Below are positions 28,453 to 37,894 of a stretch of 64,000 nt of DNA, piece after piece; position 1 is the first letter of the stretch; the number at the start of each line of letters is the position of its first letter. The stretch lies in the IMG/VR virus record IMGVR_UViG_3300017971_000191. One strand, given 5' to 3'. Origin of the DNA: a virus. Lineage: Duplodnaviria; Heunggongvirae; Uroviricota; Caudoviricetes. Made by a program: the position numbers and the translations under genes. The notes under the pieces were generated by a model, which was given only the letters and a program-made list of their open reading frames with translations, was not told the origin of the DNA and searched no databases.

Positions 28453-29981
28453 TAGTCTGCAAACTCGAAACCAAGCTGCTTCTCCACCGTGCCCTTCCTG
28501 GCCTTGGTGGGGAAATGTTGTGTCCAACCGTGCTCCGCGTAGGATTTCTCGCGGCTCCGTGCCTTGCGTCGGAAGCCGGTGTTGAACTGATCCATGTAGT
28601 CGTGCACGATCCCTACATCCTTGTCGGGCCCAATTCGCGAAACGCGACCTGGGATCTGGGTGTCGTTGACCGGGGAACCGCCGCCGTCGCCCCGGATAAG
28701 GACCTGAAGATGTTTGAAGTCCACCCCCACGTTCCATATCGTGGTCACGATGGCCTTCTTCAGCTCTCCCGCCTCGAACGCCTTGGTGAGGGCGATCTTC
28801 CGATCCAGGGTCATCAGCGGCTCGCGGGGAGGCAGGTACCCGGCCCGGATGAACTTGTGGCGTTTCTGGGCCGCCAGGCCGTCCTCCATGTAAACGAGGG
28901 TGAACTTGGGCAGCCGCTTCTTCAGGTGGACGGCGTGCTCGATGGTCTCCACGCAGATGAGCGTCTGCACGTCGTCGTCGTAGAGATTGGCATCCTCGGC
29001 GATGAGGTCGTTGCGGAAGTCGTTGGTCCAGATGGCTCGACGCTTTCGCTTGGTAAAGTCCTCTTCGCCCTCACAGATGTCGTAGTCCATCACCACAGGC
29101 CGCCAGTGGACCTCGATGGGAACCACGGAGCGTGCTGCCTGGGCCTGTTGGTAGCTGACCTTCATCAGGATCGGCCCGAAGATCCCCTCCACACGAAGGT
29201 CCTTGTTGTCCAGCCGCTTGTTGAGGGTGGCCGACAGGCCATAGTTGCGTGACCTGGTCCACTTCCCCAGGCGATAGGCGGCGTCGTCCGAGGCGAGTTG
29301 GTGGGCTTCATCGCCGAAGAGGATGTCCGCGTCGTGCGGCGAGTGGTGGCTGCTGTCGATCGAGTAGCACATCACCCGCCGGTCCTTGAGCTTCTTGCCG
29401 CCGCCCACGATGCCCACGTCGGGCAGCATGGTGGCCAGCTCGGGGTAGATCCGGTCGCGGATTACGGCCACGGCCTTGGACACGATGTCGATGCGTGCCT
29501 TGGGCAGCAGCAGGCCGACCAGGCCGATCATGTAGCTCTTGCCGAACCCCGTGGCGCAATCGAAACAACCGCAACGGTTGGCGAGGAGCTTACGGAGGAA
29601 CTCGGGCTGATCCTCTCGCAGCTCAATGTCGAACATCCTCAGCCGGTCCCATTGTGGCTCGAAGATGGAAGGATCGGGCGGCGGTTGGAGATCCCGCATC
29701 ACCACGCGGTAGCCGCGCTTGACCAGAGCATCACGGATGCGTTTCCAGAAGCCAAAGCCACAAGCCAAGCGATCGCGATGGTCCTGCCCGAAACACTCCC
29801 AATCGGTGAAACGAATGACGGGCTCATCATTTTCTAGCGCTCTTTTTCGCTCCCAACCGACCAGAAGCTCCTTCTCCTGGAAGGTCAAAAGCGGCGCCAG
29901 GGTGTCATAAACCCTTGGCGTAGTTGGGTCTACGACGAGACGATTCCCACTTTTCAGCAGGGTGATCTTGGGTCTAGGCAT
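28452..29981 (-). CDS. SF2 helicase (UvsW-like DEAH)
   Basis: ATGFGKS, DEAH, LSAT, GVD and QIPGRVSR. Confidence 0.9.
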   Translation of the reverse strand: MPRPKITLLKSGNRLVVDPTTPRVYDTLAPLLTFQEKELLVGWERKRALENDEPVIRFTDWECFGQDHRDRLACGFGFWKRIRDALVKRGYRVVMRDLQPPPDPSIFEPQWDRLRMFDIELREDQPEFLRKLLANRCGCFDCATGFGKSYMIGLVGLLLPKARIDIVSKAVAVIRDRIYPELATMLPDVGIVGGGKKLKDRRVMCYSIDSSHHSPHDADILFGDEAHQLASDDAAYRLGKWTRSRNYGLSATLNKRLDNKDLRVEGIFGPILMKVSYQQAQAARSVVPIEVHWRPVVMDYDICEGEEDFTKRKRRAIWTNDFRNDLIAEDANLYDDDVQTLICVETIEHAVHLKKRLPKFTLVYMEDGLAAQKRHKFIRAGYLPPREPLMTLDRKIALTKAFEAGELKKAIVTTIWNVGVDFKHLQVLIRGDGGGSPVNDTQIPGRVSRIGPDKDVGIVHDYMDQFNTGFRRKARSREKSYAEHGWTQHFPTKARKGTVEKQLGFEFAD

Positions 29982-30091
29982 ACCGCGCCCCTCCCACATG
30001 TTGGGTTTACAAGGCAGCGGACCCACCGTATATTGTAGGTAGATGGCGTCTTCCGTCACCATGCACACCACGGAAACAGCCCACTGCTCAA

Positions 30092-30132
30092 GGGCCCGGT
30101 AGACGAAGCTGGCACCTCCGCCTACCGGGCCC
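30092..30132 (-). terminator. Long GC-rich stem-loop at the 3' end of the RAMP-like gene
   Basis: gggcccggtag...ctaccgggccc, a perfect 11-bp stem; no U-tract. Confidence 0.45.
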
Positions 30133-30760
30133 GCTCTTTGCGCCGCGACCACCGCGGCCTCGGCGTCATCGGCGGACGCAATGGTTCCAGGGGGTCCGCC
30201 TCTTGGAACTGTAGTTCATCGAGAACCTCCTCGACGGCTGGCTCCGGCTCGATTATCGGCTCCTGCGTGTCATAGTCGTCCTCCTCTGCCGGCGCATAGC
30301 GCGGGCGTATCTTGACTACCTCGAACTTGCCGAACTCCCCAGGCTTCCAGGGCGAGAGTCCCTTGTACTGGCCGGCCTTTTGCATGAGCTGCCAGAAGTC
30401 CTGCTCACTGATGGCCATGGGGACGACACAGTTGATGAGGATCGTCTGCTCCGGGAAGAAAGCCTCGTGCAACGAGTATCGCAGCCGCCTGGAGTTGCCT
30501 GAACGATAGTAGACGGCATGCCACTTGTCCTTACGCAGACTACCTTCGATGTGGATGTCCCACTGGATCTTGTCGACCTCGTCCTGGTGACGGCCGAGAA
30601 GCTGAGCGGCCAACCGCATGTTGGCACGATGCCAGCTAGAGAGGAACACGATCTGACCAGAAGGCGAACGACTGAACCTGAACCGGCCCGAGCCGTCCCG
30701 GAGCTTCTGGTTTCCCAGACAATGTTGGAGAAACCGGATCTTGACCGTCAACTCACGCAT
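30122..30760 (-). CDS. Standalone RAMP/Cas7-like protein (putative)
   Basis: Beta1 LTVKIRFLQHCLG; SGQIVFLSSWHRANMR; HEAFFPEQTI; C-terminal helix and G-loop AGQYKGLSPWKPGEFGKFEV. Confidence 0.55.
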   Translation of the reverse strand: MRELTVKIRFLQHCLGNQKLRDGSGRFRFSRSPSGQIVFLSSWHRANMRLAAQLLGRHQDEVDKIQWDIHIEGSLRKDKWHAVYYRSGNSRRLRYSLHEAFFPEQTILINCVVPMAISEQDFWQLMQKAGQYKGLSPWKPGEFGKFEVVKIRPRYAPAEEDDYDTQEPIIEPEPAVEEVLDELQFQEADPLEPLRPPMTPRPRWSRRKERAR

Positions 30761-30791
30761 GGCATCCGTTCCACTCAGCCCGTCGCTTCCG

Positions 30792-31721
30792 TCACGGCAG
30801 GCACATCACATGTTGCTGATAAGCCTCGTACTCCGGTACCCGCTTGAAGAACACCACCGGGTCAAACTCGCCTGCGTCCAGTCCGTGCAGCCATACCAGG
30901 CGAAGGAAGACGGTGAACTTCTCGGTCGCTTTGAGCAACCCTTTAGGTCCACCACCGGCATGGTCGAAGATCCTCCACAAAAAGTTCCCAGGGTGGGAAC
31001 GATCCTCCGGGCACGAATCGCCACGATAACTGTTTGTCCAAGCGTCCACCAGCATCGTGGCCCGCCGGATGCGGCTGCACTCGGCACAACGGGTGCACGG
31101 CAGGCCGGTCCACAGGGATTCGATGCTGCAAGGAGCCAGACCCAGGTAACTGAACAATCGGGACACCCGGTGAGGGCGCCCAGGATGATTATACCACCGA
31201 GGGTCCAGGATCTCACAGACCAGCTTGATAGCCGACTCCACGGAGCAAGTAGGCAGGAAGCTGATGGCCGGATAGGCCGGGTGGGAACGGAATGTCGCTC
31301 GCACCAGATCCGTCGCCTCCGCGTCGACGAAGGCAAGCCTGGACGCCAGCAAATACTGCCTGTAGTCCTCGACCGTCAGGTGATGCCAGCAGCCAGCCTG
31401 TGTACCCAGCGTACCCGGCTGCCACAGCCGTTGCAGAACGAAATGCGGGTCGTCGAGACGCTCCCTTCGGTAACAAATGGCGGGGCTGCCCAGGAGAAGT
31501 AGGACTCCTGGCCTGAGCACGCCCCGCTCGCGCTGCTCGTGGGCTTCCACGATCAGATCCGCATTGCCGTGACAACCGAGCAGCCGCACTGCCTTGGCGT
31601 TGAGGAAGACCTCCCGGCGAACGAACCGGGCGGGCGTATCCCCGCTGTCCTCCGCCAAACGAGACGAGGACCCCCACCAGACGGTCTTTCCCGCTACATG
31701 CAGCCTCAATACCTCAGACAT
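30792..31721 (-). CDS. IS110-transposase-C-terminal/Nop-like domain protein (Tas-like, putative)
   Basis: HPAYPAISFLPT...AIKLVCEILDPRWY...SRLFSYLGLAP and KFTVFLRLVW; no obvious RuvC-like DEDD N-terminus. Confidence 0.55.
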   Translation of the reverse strand: MSEVLRLHVAGKTVWWGSSSRLAEDSGDTPARFVRREVFLNAKAVRLLGCHGNADLIVEAHEQRERGVLRPGVLLLLGSPAICYRRERLDDPHFVLQRLWQPGTLGTQAGCWHHLTVEDYRQYLLASRLAFVDAEATDLVRATFRSHPAYPAISFLPTCSVESAIKLVCEILDPRWYNHPGRPHRVSRLFSYLGLAPCSIESLWTGLPCTRCAECSRIRRATMLVDAWTNSYRGDSCPEDRSHPGNFLWRIFDHAGGGPKGLLKATEKFTVFLRLVWLHGLDAGEFDPVVFFKRVPEYEAYQQHVMCLP

Positions 31722-33852
31722 CACGGGAAACCTCGATGACCTGGTCGAAGGCACTGCGCAACGGTTGCGCATGCGTGACGATGGCAAGCTGCCGCTTGCC
31801 CCGGACCTCGGCTGCCAGACGACCCAACACCTCGCCGAAGGCGTCGACGTTGGCCTCGTCCATGTTGGCGGTGGGCTCGTCGAGGAACATCATGCCGATG
31901 TCCGCCCCAAACAGGTCGGCCACCGCACACCGCATGGCCACGGCGAAGACGCCCTTCTGGCCGCCAGAGAGAGCTTCGGCTGGCCCCGGAGGATGACCAG
32001 GCTGGTGGATCAGGAAGCCAAGATCCTCACCGGCCTCGGCCCAGAACGGGTCGTTGAACCAGTGGAGCACCTCGTTGATGCCCTCCTCCAGAAAGACCAG
32101 GTTGCCCTGGGCCACAAGCTGCGGGAGCTTCGACCAGTGAAAGGCGTCCTTGGCGGCATCGACGACCTTCAAAGCCCGGCGGACCTTCTTGCGACGGTCC
32201 AGTTGGGCTCGCAGGGCATCGGCCTCCTTGGTGATCCTGCGGATCTCCTTGTGGGCCGACTCCGACAGGGCGTCGAGACGCTCGATCTGAAGCTCGGCTG
32301 CGCGATGCTCGTCGAGACGCCGCTTGGCCTTGTCGTACTTCTGATCGGCAACCTCGTTATCCTTCAGCCCTTTCTCGATCTCGGCACAGCGCTTGACGGA
32401 CTCGCTGTGCTTGGTGACGTACCTGGTGGCATTATCCTTGGCCGTGTTGTACGCCTCCTCGGCCTCATCTTCGGTCTCGACGGCTTCGTCGTACGAGGAG
32501 ACTGCGTCCTCCAATTCAGACTTGTCTGAATCCGGCTCCTCCAGCTCGCCGAAGGCTTTCAGCTCCTCCCCGTTGGCCTTCAGCCGGGCGTCGAAGTCGG
32601 CCTTCCACTCCTTCCACTCCTGGAGCTTCTCCTCGTACTCCTCGACCGCCTCGATCTTGGGTTTGAGAGCCTTGAGCTGCGCCTTGGCTCGCTTCTGCTC
32701 CTCCCTCATCCTGAGGACGAACTTCTCGTCGATCTCCTGGTGGCAGGTCGGGCACTTGCCTTCCCCACTCTCCTCGTAGGTGGCGATGACCTCGTCGGCC
32801 ATGTCCAGCTTCTGCTGCGTCTCGGCCCGCAGGTTACGCATCAGCAGCTTGCCCCTGGTGGTGGCGTCGTTGGCGTTCTCGGGCTTCGGCTCCGGATTTT
32901 TCATCGGCTCTTCGAGGAGACTCTCGGCCTCCGCGTTGAGCTTGTCCTTCCGCTTCCGCCGCTTCTCATAGGTGGTCCAGGACTTCAGCGCCGCCCTGGC
33001 CTCCTCGGCGGAAGATTTCAGCTTGGCGACCCCCTTGCGAGCATCCTCCAAAGCAATTTCCGCAGCATCGAGGGCTTCGTTGCCCTTGTCCCGACGATCC
33101 TTGCGCTGGTCGCGGGTCTCCTCGGCCGCCTCCAATTCCTCGGAAAGCTGAACGTACCGCTCCCGCTTCTTGACGATCGTGTCGGCCGAGGATTTGCTCC
33201 TCTCGTTGAGAAGGAGCTTCTCCTGGGCCTCCCGGGCCTCATCATACCCGTGGATCTCTTGCTCCTTACGAACCAGCTCCGTAGCCAGCTCGTCGGAGTT
33301 GTCCAGGAACTCCCCGTCGTCGCGATAGCGCTCGCCGAGGGCATCGAGGACGCTGTGGATCGTGTTGGACTGCCCGGTCCGGCAGAGATGCTTGTAGGCC
33401 TCCGCGCGGACGGCCGGGGTGTGTTCGAGAAACGCGAACAGCTCTCCCTGGTCGACGAAGACGTAGGTGTCGATCAGCTTGGCGTCCACGCCGAGATCTT
33501 GCTCCAGGCGGGCCTGGATCTCGGGGACCTTGGTGATGGTCTGCTCCCCGGGGATGGAGAGCTTCGCCTTGTTGGGCCGTAGATTGCGGCGCAGGGTGAA
33601 AGGCTGGCCGTCGTGCTCGCACTCGATCTCGACGAAAGATTCTTCGTCGAGTTCGGCCAGGTCGTGAATCTGGTCGGCCTTCACGCCCACGAAACGGGAC
33701 CAGTCGTTGGTCATCGCTGCGTAGATCGAGTTGACCAGGGTAGTCTTCCCCTGCCCGTTGCGGCCGATGATCCCGATCAGACCCTGCACGAGTTCCGTCT
33801 CGTAGTGGGCAAAAGGTCCGATGTTGTGAAGCGTCACGTAGTTAGTCCACAT
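31714..33852 (-). CDS. sbcC: SbcC/Rad50 (gp46-like) ATPase
   Basis: GRNGQGKTT, coiled coil with CPTC hook, LSGGQ and FLDEPT. Confidence 0.93.
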   Translation of the reverse strand: MWTNYVTLHNIGPFAHYETELVQGLIGIIGRNGQGKTTLVNSIYAAMTNDWSRFVGVKADQIHDLAELDEESFVEIECEHDGQPFTLRRNLRPNKAKLSIPGEQTITKVPEIQARLEQDLGVDAKLIDTYVFVDQGELFAFLEHTPAVRAEAYKHLCRTGQSNTIHSVLDALGERYRDDGEFLDNSDELATELVRKEQEIHGYDEAREAQEKLLLNERSKSSADTIVKKRERYVQLSEELEAAEETRDQRKDRRDKGNEALDAAEIALEDARKGVAKLKSSAEEARAALKSWTTYEKRRKRKDKLNAEAESLLEEPMKNPEPKPENANDATTRGKLLMRNLRAETQQKLDMADEVIATYEESGEGKCPTCHQEIDEKFVLRMREEQKRAKAQLKALKPKIEAVEEYEEKLQEWKEWKADFDARLKANGEELKAFGELEEPDSDKSELEDAVSSYDEAVETEDEAEEAYNTAKDNATRYVTKHSESVKRCAEIEKGLKDNEVADQKYDKAKRRLDEHRAAELQIERLDALSESAHKEIRRITKEADALRAQLDRRKKVRRALKVVDAAKDAFHWSKLPQLVAQGNLVFLEEGINEVLHWFNDPFWAEAGEDLGFLIHQPGHPPGPAEALSGGQKGVFAVAMRCAVADLFGADIGMMFLDEPTANMDEANVDAFGEVLGRLAAEVRGKRQLAIVTHAQPLRSAFDQVIEVSRDV

Positions 33853-34393
33853 CTGGTTTCTGTTCTCCTTCCAGCTCCTCGGCGGTTTGTTCGGCCGCGT
33901 GGATAATCACCTGGCGAACGCCTTCGTAGCCGCCAGCTTCAAGGAGGAAACGAACCTGCTCCTCGAAGCCGCCGTTGTTGACGGCTGCCGCCTCGTTGCC
34001 CTTGGCGTCGTGGACGATCTCGTCGAGCGCTTCCTCGTCGATCCCGTAGAAGGCGATCAACTGGGTCAGCATGCCGACCAGAGCCGTCTGCTTCCAGCCC
34101 TCGTAGGAGGGCAAGGTGGCGATCGGGTACAAGGGGTCCTTGGCCGCTGCCAACACGTACTGGCGGTAGGCCTCCAACAGCGTCGGCGATGGGAGGACCT
34201 TATCCTGGGCCAGCATGGGCATGTCGAGAACCAGCGACATTCTCTCGGGGATGGCCTCCAGTCTCACGCTGCCCTGCTCGACCTTCTCCGCGGCAGCCTC
34301 TCGGGCCCCAGTGGAGTCATCGGCCATAACCAAAGCGGTCCCCTTCAACAGGACCTGCCTGCGTACGGGGACCGCAAAAAGCTGCTTGCTCAT
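33842..34393 (-). CDS. Hypothetical protein
   Basis: ORF between the sbcD and sbcC genes. Confidence 0.6.
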   Translation of the reverse strand: MSKQLFAVPVRRQVLLKGTALVMADDSTGAREAAAEKVEQGSVRLEAIPERMSLVLDMPMLAQDKVLPSPTLLEAYRQYVLAAAKDPLYPIATLPSYEGWKQTALVGMLTQLIAFYGIDEEALDEIVHDAKGNEAAAVNNGGFEEQVRFLLEAGGYEGVRQVIIHAAEQTAEELEGEQKPDVD

Positions 34394-34394
34394 T

Positions 34395-35099
34395 TTACAC
34401 CGTGACAATGACGTCCCAGTTGGCCACCGGAGGCGGCACCAGCTTCGTGTGCGGCTTGGGTTTGCACTTACTGGAACTGTAGGAATCGACGGTCGGGGGC
34501 GTGTCGAGCGGTACGACGCAGAGATCCTCCGTCGAGTGAAGTCGCCGCCCGGGCTTGATCTTCAACGCGGTGGAGTTGCGCCCCGACTCTTGCTTGTACT
34601 GGTTGACGGCCTGGACCAGGTTCACCAGCAGATAGTGGGTCGGATGCTTGTTGTTGGCCGTCCAAGCAAATCGCAGGTTCAGATCGCGAAGCAGACCCTC
34701 GCCCCGGGGGTCAGTCTCGAACGTCCGCAGCCGGAACCACGCCCCCTTCTTGGAGCGATGGATGGCGGCCTTGACGATCGCGTCCGCCCAGTCCCGGGTG
34801 GGCAGCGTGTCGAGGAACTCCCACACCAGATAGTAGTCGGCCTCGGGCAAGGCCGTGACGGCGCCCGACGCTAACACGTCGAACTGTTGAAACTGGTAGC
34901 CGCGGCCCACCAGGTCCTGCTCGTAGCCGGCCTGGGCGTCAAGGCCCAGGCACTCACCGGGCTGGATGACCCGGATCATCGGGTCGTCCAGGAAGTGGTT
35001 GGCCCCGAGCTTGACGAACTCGCCGAGATGATTCCCCAGGCCGCAGCCCAGATCAACCACTCTCGGCTGAACCTCCTTCTCCTTCTCCTGCGTCGTCAT
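34395..35099 (-). CDS. Class I SAM-dependent methyltransferase-like protein
   Basis: VVDLGCGLG, CLGLD and QFDV. Confidence 0.6.
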   Translation of the reverse strand: MTTQEKEKEVQPRVVDLGCGLGNHLGEFVKLGANHFLDDPMIRVIQPGECLGLDAQAGYEQDLVGRGYQFQQFDVLASGAVTALPEADYYLVWEFLDTLPTRDWADAIVKAAIHRSKKGAWFRLRTFETDPRGEGLLRDLNLRFAWTANNKHPTHYLLVNLVQAVNQYKQESGRNSTALKIKPGRRLHSTEDLCVVPLDTPPTVDSYSSSKCKPKPHTKLVPPPVANWDVIVTV

Positions 35100-36252
35100 C
35101 TCCGATTTGCTCCTGCATCCACCGCATGGCTGCGGCATTGATGTCGTCTCGGGAGTCACCCGCTGCCAGGCACGTCTCGCAGAGCGCGAAGACCTCGGGG
35201 TCCTCCTCCTTGTCGATTAGTTCAGGCAGCGCTGACTGCAAGGTGATTGCCTTGTTGTCATCAGCACTGGCCTCCTTCATCCGGCGGGCCTTCTCGGCCA
35301 GCGCGGACTCTTCCTTGGGTCTGGGAATGGATTTCCAGAACAGGTAGACGCGGTTGTCTACCAGCTTGGTCAGGCGGCGGACGACGTCGTCCACCTTGTG
35401 CGTGTAGACGATCCGCCACCACGCCTTGCCAACCCGGGGCGGCATGCCGTTGCCGTGCGCCTCCTGGTAGCAAGTCTCGATCTCCTCGTCGAGGTTGGTC
35501 ACCAGATCGTCGAAGTCGTCGTTGATCGCCAGCCGGAACTCGCGGAACGGCCGGCACGACAGCGGCTCCTTGCGGAACTTGCCGTCCGACTGGAGCACGA
35601 AGAAGAACTTCTCCTGCGGATGGTCGAAGGCGGTCAGCCAGGTCGAGCCCGGACTGATAACCTTCATCTTCTGGCCATCCTTGTTGCGATGGATCTCCTC
35701 CTTCGTCTCGTGGAGGTCCCCGGTGATGAGCCGGCGAGCGTGCGGGATGTCGGCAAACTCGCCCTGCGGGTTGGTGACGTCTCCCATCCAGTTGGCCCAC
35801 ACCTGGTGCGCCACAAGGATGTCAGCATCCTCGGGTATCTTCTCCAGCTTCTCCTGGAGCTTGCCGGTGGGCTGGTAGTCGAGGCCCCAGACGTTGAACC
35901 TGCCGATCTTCACCCCATGCTGGTCCAGATGGACCGCCGTCTCGCCGAGCTGGCACCAAGGGGTCTCGTCGATCTCGTGCTGCCCCTGGACGTAGCCGAA
36001 CTTGACGCCAGCCTGGGACAGCTTGCCAAGCTCGTGCTCCAAGAACACGGCTGGCTCGGGTTCGTTCTTGCGGGTGTCGAGGATGTCCCCGGCACAGATC
36101 ACCCAAGGCACTCCACGCTTGACGGCGTAGTCGATGATCTGATCGAAGCCCCACTGGGAGTCACCCTCGATGGGCTTCCCCTTGCGTCCCTGTGTCCGCA
36201 GGTGAGTGTCGGCCGTGACGACGGCCAGGTCGTGTACTTTCGCTTTGGCCAT
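35053..36252 (-). CDS. sbcD: SbcD/Mre11 (gp47-like) nuclease
   Basis: ADTH, AGDILD, GQHE, AHQ, GDLH and PGS metallophosphoesterase motifs. Confidence 0.9.
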   Translation of the reverse strand: MAKAKVHDLAVVTADTHLRTQGRKGKPIEGDSQWGFDQIIDYAVKRGVPWVICAGDILDTRKNEPEPAVFLEHELGKLSQAGVKFGYVQGQHEIDETPWCQLGETAVHLDQHGVKIGRFNVWGLDYQPTGKLQEKLEKIPEDADILVAHQVWANWMGDVTNPQGEFADIPHARRLITGDLHETKEEIHRNKDGQKMKVISPGSTWLTAFDHPQEKFFFVLQSDGKFRKEPLSCRPFREFRLAINDDFDDLVTNLDEEIETCYQEAHGNGMPPRVGKAWWRIVYTHKVDDVVRRLTKLVDNRVYLFWKSIPRPKEESALAEKARRMKEASADDNKAITLQSALPELIDKEEDPEVFALCETCLAAGDSRDDINAAAMRWMQEQIGDDDAGEGEGGSAESG

Positions 36253-36254
36253 AT

Positions 36255-36272
36255 CTCAAAACCGCTTTTGAG
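36255..36272. repeat. Intergenic palindromic element, copy 3
   Basis: CTCAAAACCGCTTTTGAG between the stop at 36274 and the sbcD ATG at 36252. Confidence 0.9.
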
Positions 36273-36273
36273 G

Positions 36274-36741
36274 TTACTCGGGGGGCTTCTGCTGCTTCAT
36301 CTTGCCGCGGCGGAAATCGAACTCGAAGCAGCCAAGCCATCCCTTCTTGATCTCGAAGGTGAACCGATAGTATTGCCCTTGCTTGCGCTTCCCGCAAGAA
36401 GAGCTGGACGGGTTCTCGTCGGTGAACAGCCTACGCCGGCCGCCACCCATCTCCGAGCCGTCTCCACGGGTGGGTACGAACTCCACGGCCTCGTCGCTAA
36501 TCCCGTGGGCCCGCAGCTCTGCGTAGACCATCGCGCGGGCAAGCGGTACCATGGCCCGCGTGTCCTCGGGCTTGTAGTGGAAGCGGACGATGCAGACGGG
36601 GATGTCGGCAAAGCCGATCCTGGTGACCGTGACTCCTTCGTCGAAGGAGAATGGCGCCGTGGTTCCGAGCGTGATCCCCGGCGTATTGTGCAGCAGCCTG
36701 GCGATCTTCTCTTCGTACGGATTGAGGGTTGACTGTGGCAC
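36274..36741 (-). CDS. Hypothetical protein
   Basis: 155 aa, GTG start with GAGGAG RBS. Confidence 0.6.
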   Translation of the reverse strand: MPQSTLNPYEEKIARLLHNTPGITLGTTAPFSFDEGVTVTRIGFADIPVCIVRFHYKPEDTRAMVPLARAMVYAELRAHGISDEAVEFVPTRGDGSEMGGGRRRLFTDENPSSSSCGKRKQGQYYRFTFEIKKGWLGCFEFDFRRGKMKQQKPPE

Positions 36742-36805
36742 AGAAGTGCTCCTCGGTTACAATGGCGGTAGATTTGCCATCTTGATCCACGGAAGGAGGG
36801 AACGG

Positions 36806-37213
36806 ATGCCCAGAGACATCATCACCCCCACCCCTGAAGTCTGCGACCGCTACACAATCGCCAAGCTGAAGCTAGAGCGGGTGGGTGCCAAAATGGCGCC
36901 CGAGCTTCGCGAGGAGTTCGAGCGGCAGGTAGCGTATTATCGGGAAGGGATCGACTGGAACGACAAGCATCTTGCCGAACTGGTCGATCAGCTCTACGAA
37001 CTCAATGCCCTCCAGTGGAACACGGAAGGCGAACTCCGCGCCGGACTGCTGGACGACGTCGACATGGCCATCATCGGCCGTCTCGCCATCCAGGTCCGCG
37101 ACATCAACTGCCGCCGGACCAGGCTGAAGAACATCATCCAGCAGCACACCGGCAGCGGGTTCTCAGACATCAAAATGAACTACGGCGTCAACGGCACTCA
37201 GGCCGGCGACTGA
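36806..37213 (+). CDS. Small helical protein, DUF6165-like; isolated plus-strand gene
   Basis: AAGGAGG RBS; DRYTIAKLK...LYELN..QWNTE..LR...N..R..LKNII...SDIK. Confidence 0.65.
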   Translation: MPRDIITPTPEVCDRYTIAKLKLERVGAKMAPELREEFERQVAYYREGIDWNDKHLAELVDQLYELNALQWNTEGELRAGLLDDVDMAIIGRLAIQVRDINCRRTRLKNIIQQHTGSGFSDIKMNYGVNGTQAGD

Positions 37214-37776
37214 TCCGCCTCCTTCGACGCCTCCTTGAAATGGGCCTTGGCGTTGGCGGAAATCCAGATCGCTGCCTCCCCAATCTCGACCTTCTGGCCG
37301 TGCGGTCCACAGCGGTTCTTGCTGACCTCGAAGGTCTTCGGGTCTCTGAGGACTAGCTCAAGCAGCGCAAGATAACGGACCTGAGCCTCGACTTCCTTGA
37401 GCGCCGTCTGCGGGACAAGGAGCAACACCAACGGCGAACGCTCCACTTCCGTCTTCTCGGGTTCCTCCTTCAAGACCTCGATCACCACCTCGCCGTGCTG
37501 CTGGATATGCGATGCCGGATCGGAGGCCTCCACCTGCTTGCCCCACGGGGCCTTGGTCCAGGCGGACCAGCGGGCCTTCAAGTCCGTGAGGATCAACGGG
37601 GCGCTGTTGCCGCTGGCGGTGACCACGACTTCATGGCCCGGATCGGGACAGCCGGCCAAGGTGCGGACGAACAGTGCATAGACCTGGACCCCATTAGCGG
37701 GCAGATCCACCTCGTAGATGGGTCGGCGATCGTCAACCCGTTTGAACAACTCGTCACCTACAAGTTGGTACTTCAT
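37198..37776 (-). CDS. Hypothetical protein
   Basis: Start MKYQLVG with AGGAG RBS. Confidence 0.55.
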   Translation of the reverse strand: MKYQLVGDELFKRVDDRRPIYEVDLPANGVQVYALFVRTLAGCPDPGHEVVVTASGNSAPLILTDLKARWSAWTKAPWGKQVEASDPASHIQQHGEVVIEVLKEEPEKTEVERSPLVLLLVPQTALKEVEAQVRYLALLELVLRDPKTFEVSKNRCGPHGQKVEIGEAAIWISANAKAHFKEASKEADQSPA

Positions 37777-37894
37777 GTCTTCTCCTATAGTACCCACAGC
37801 GCTCGGCGCAGCAGGTAGAAAAAGATGATCCAGATGGCAACAGCCAGGCCCCAACCCGGCACCCAGTTGCCTCTAGTAGGATGTCTCCAGTTCA

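Noticed and set aside
29982-30121. Possible CRISPR, TIGR or short-period guide array beside the RAMP/Nop genes
   Set aside because: No regular repeat unit could be found by eye; only hairpins are supported.
30792-31721. Active IS110 insertion sequence
   Set aside because: No DEDD domain or element ends, and the gene overlaps sbcC like an operon member.
36729-36763. TTGACT...TACAAT sigma70 promoter for the plus-strand gene
   Set aside because: The spacer is 23 bp, too long for a canonical promoter.
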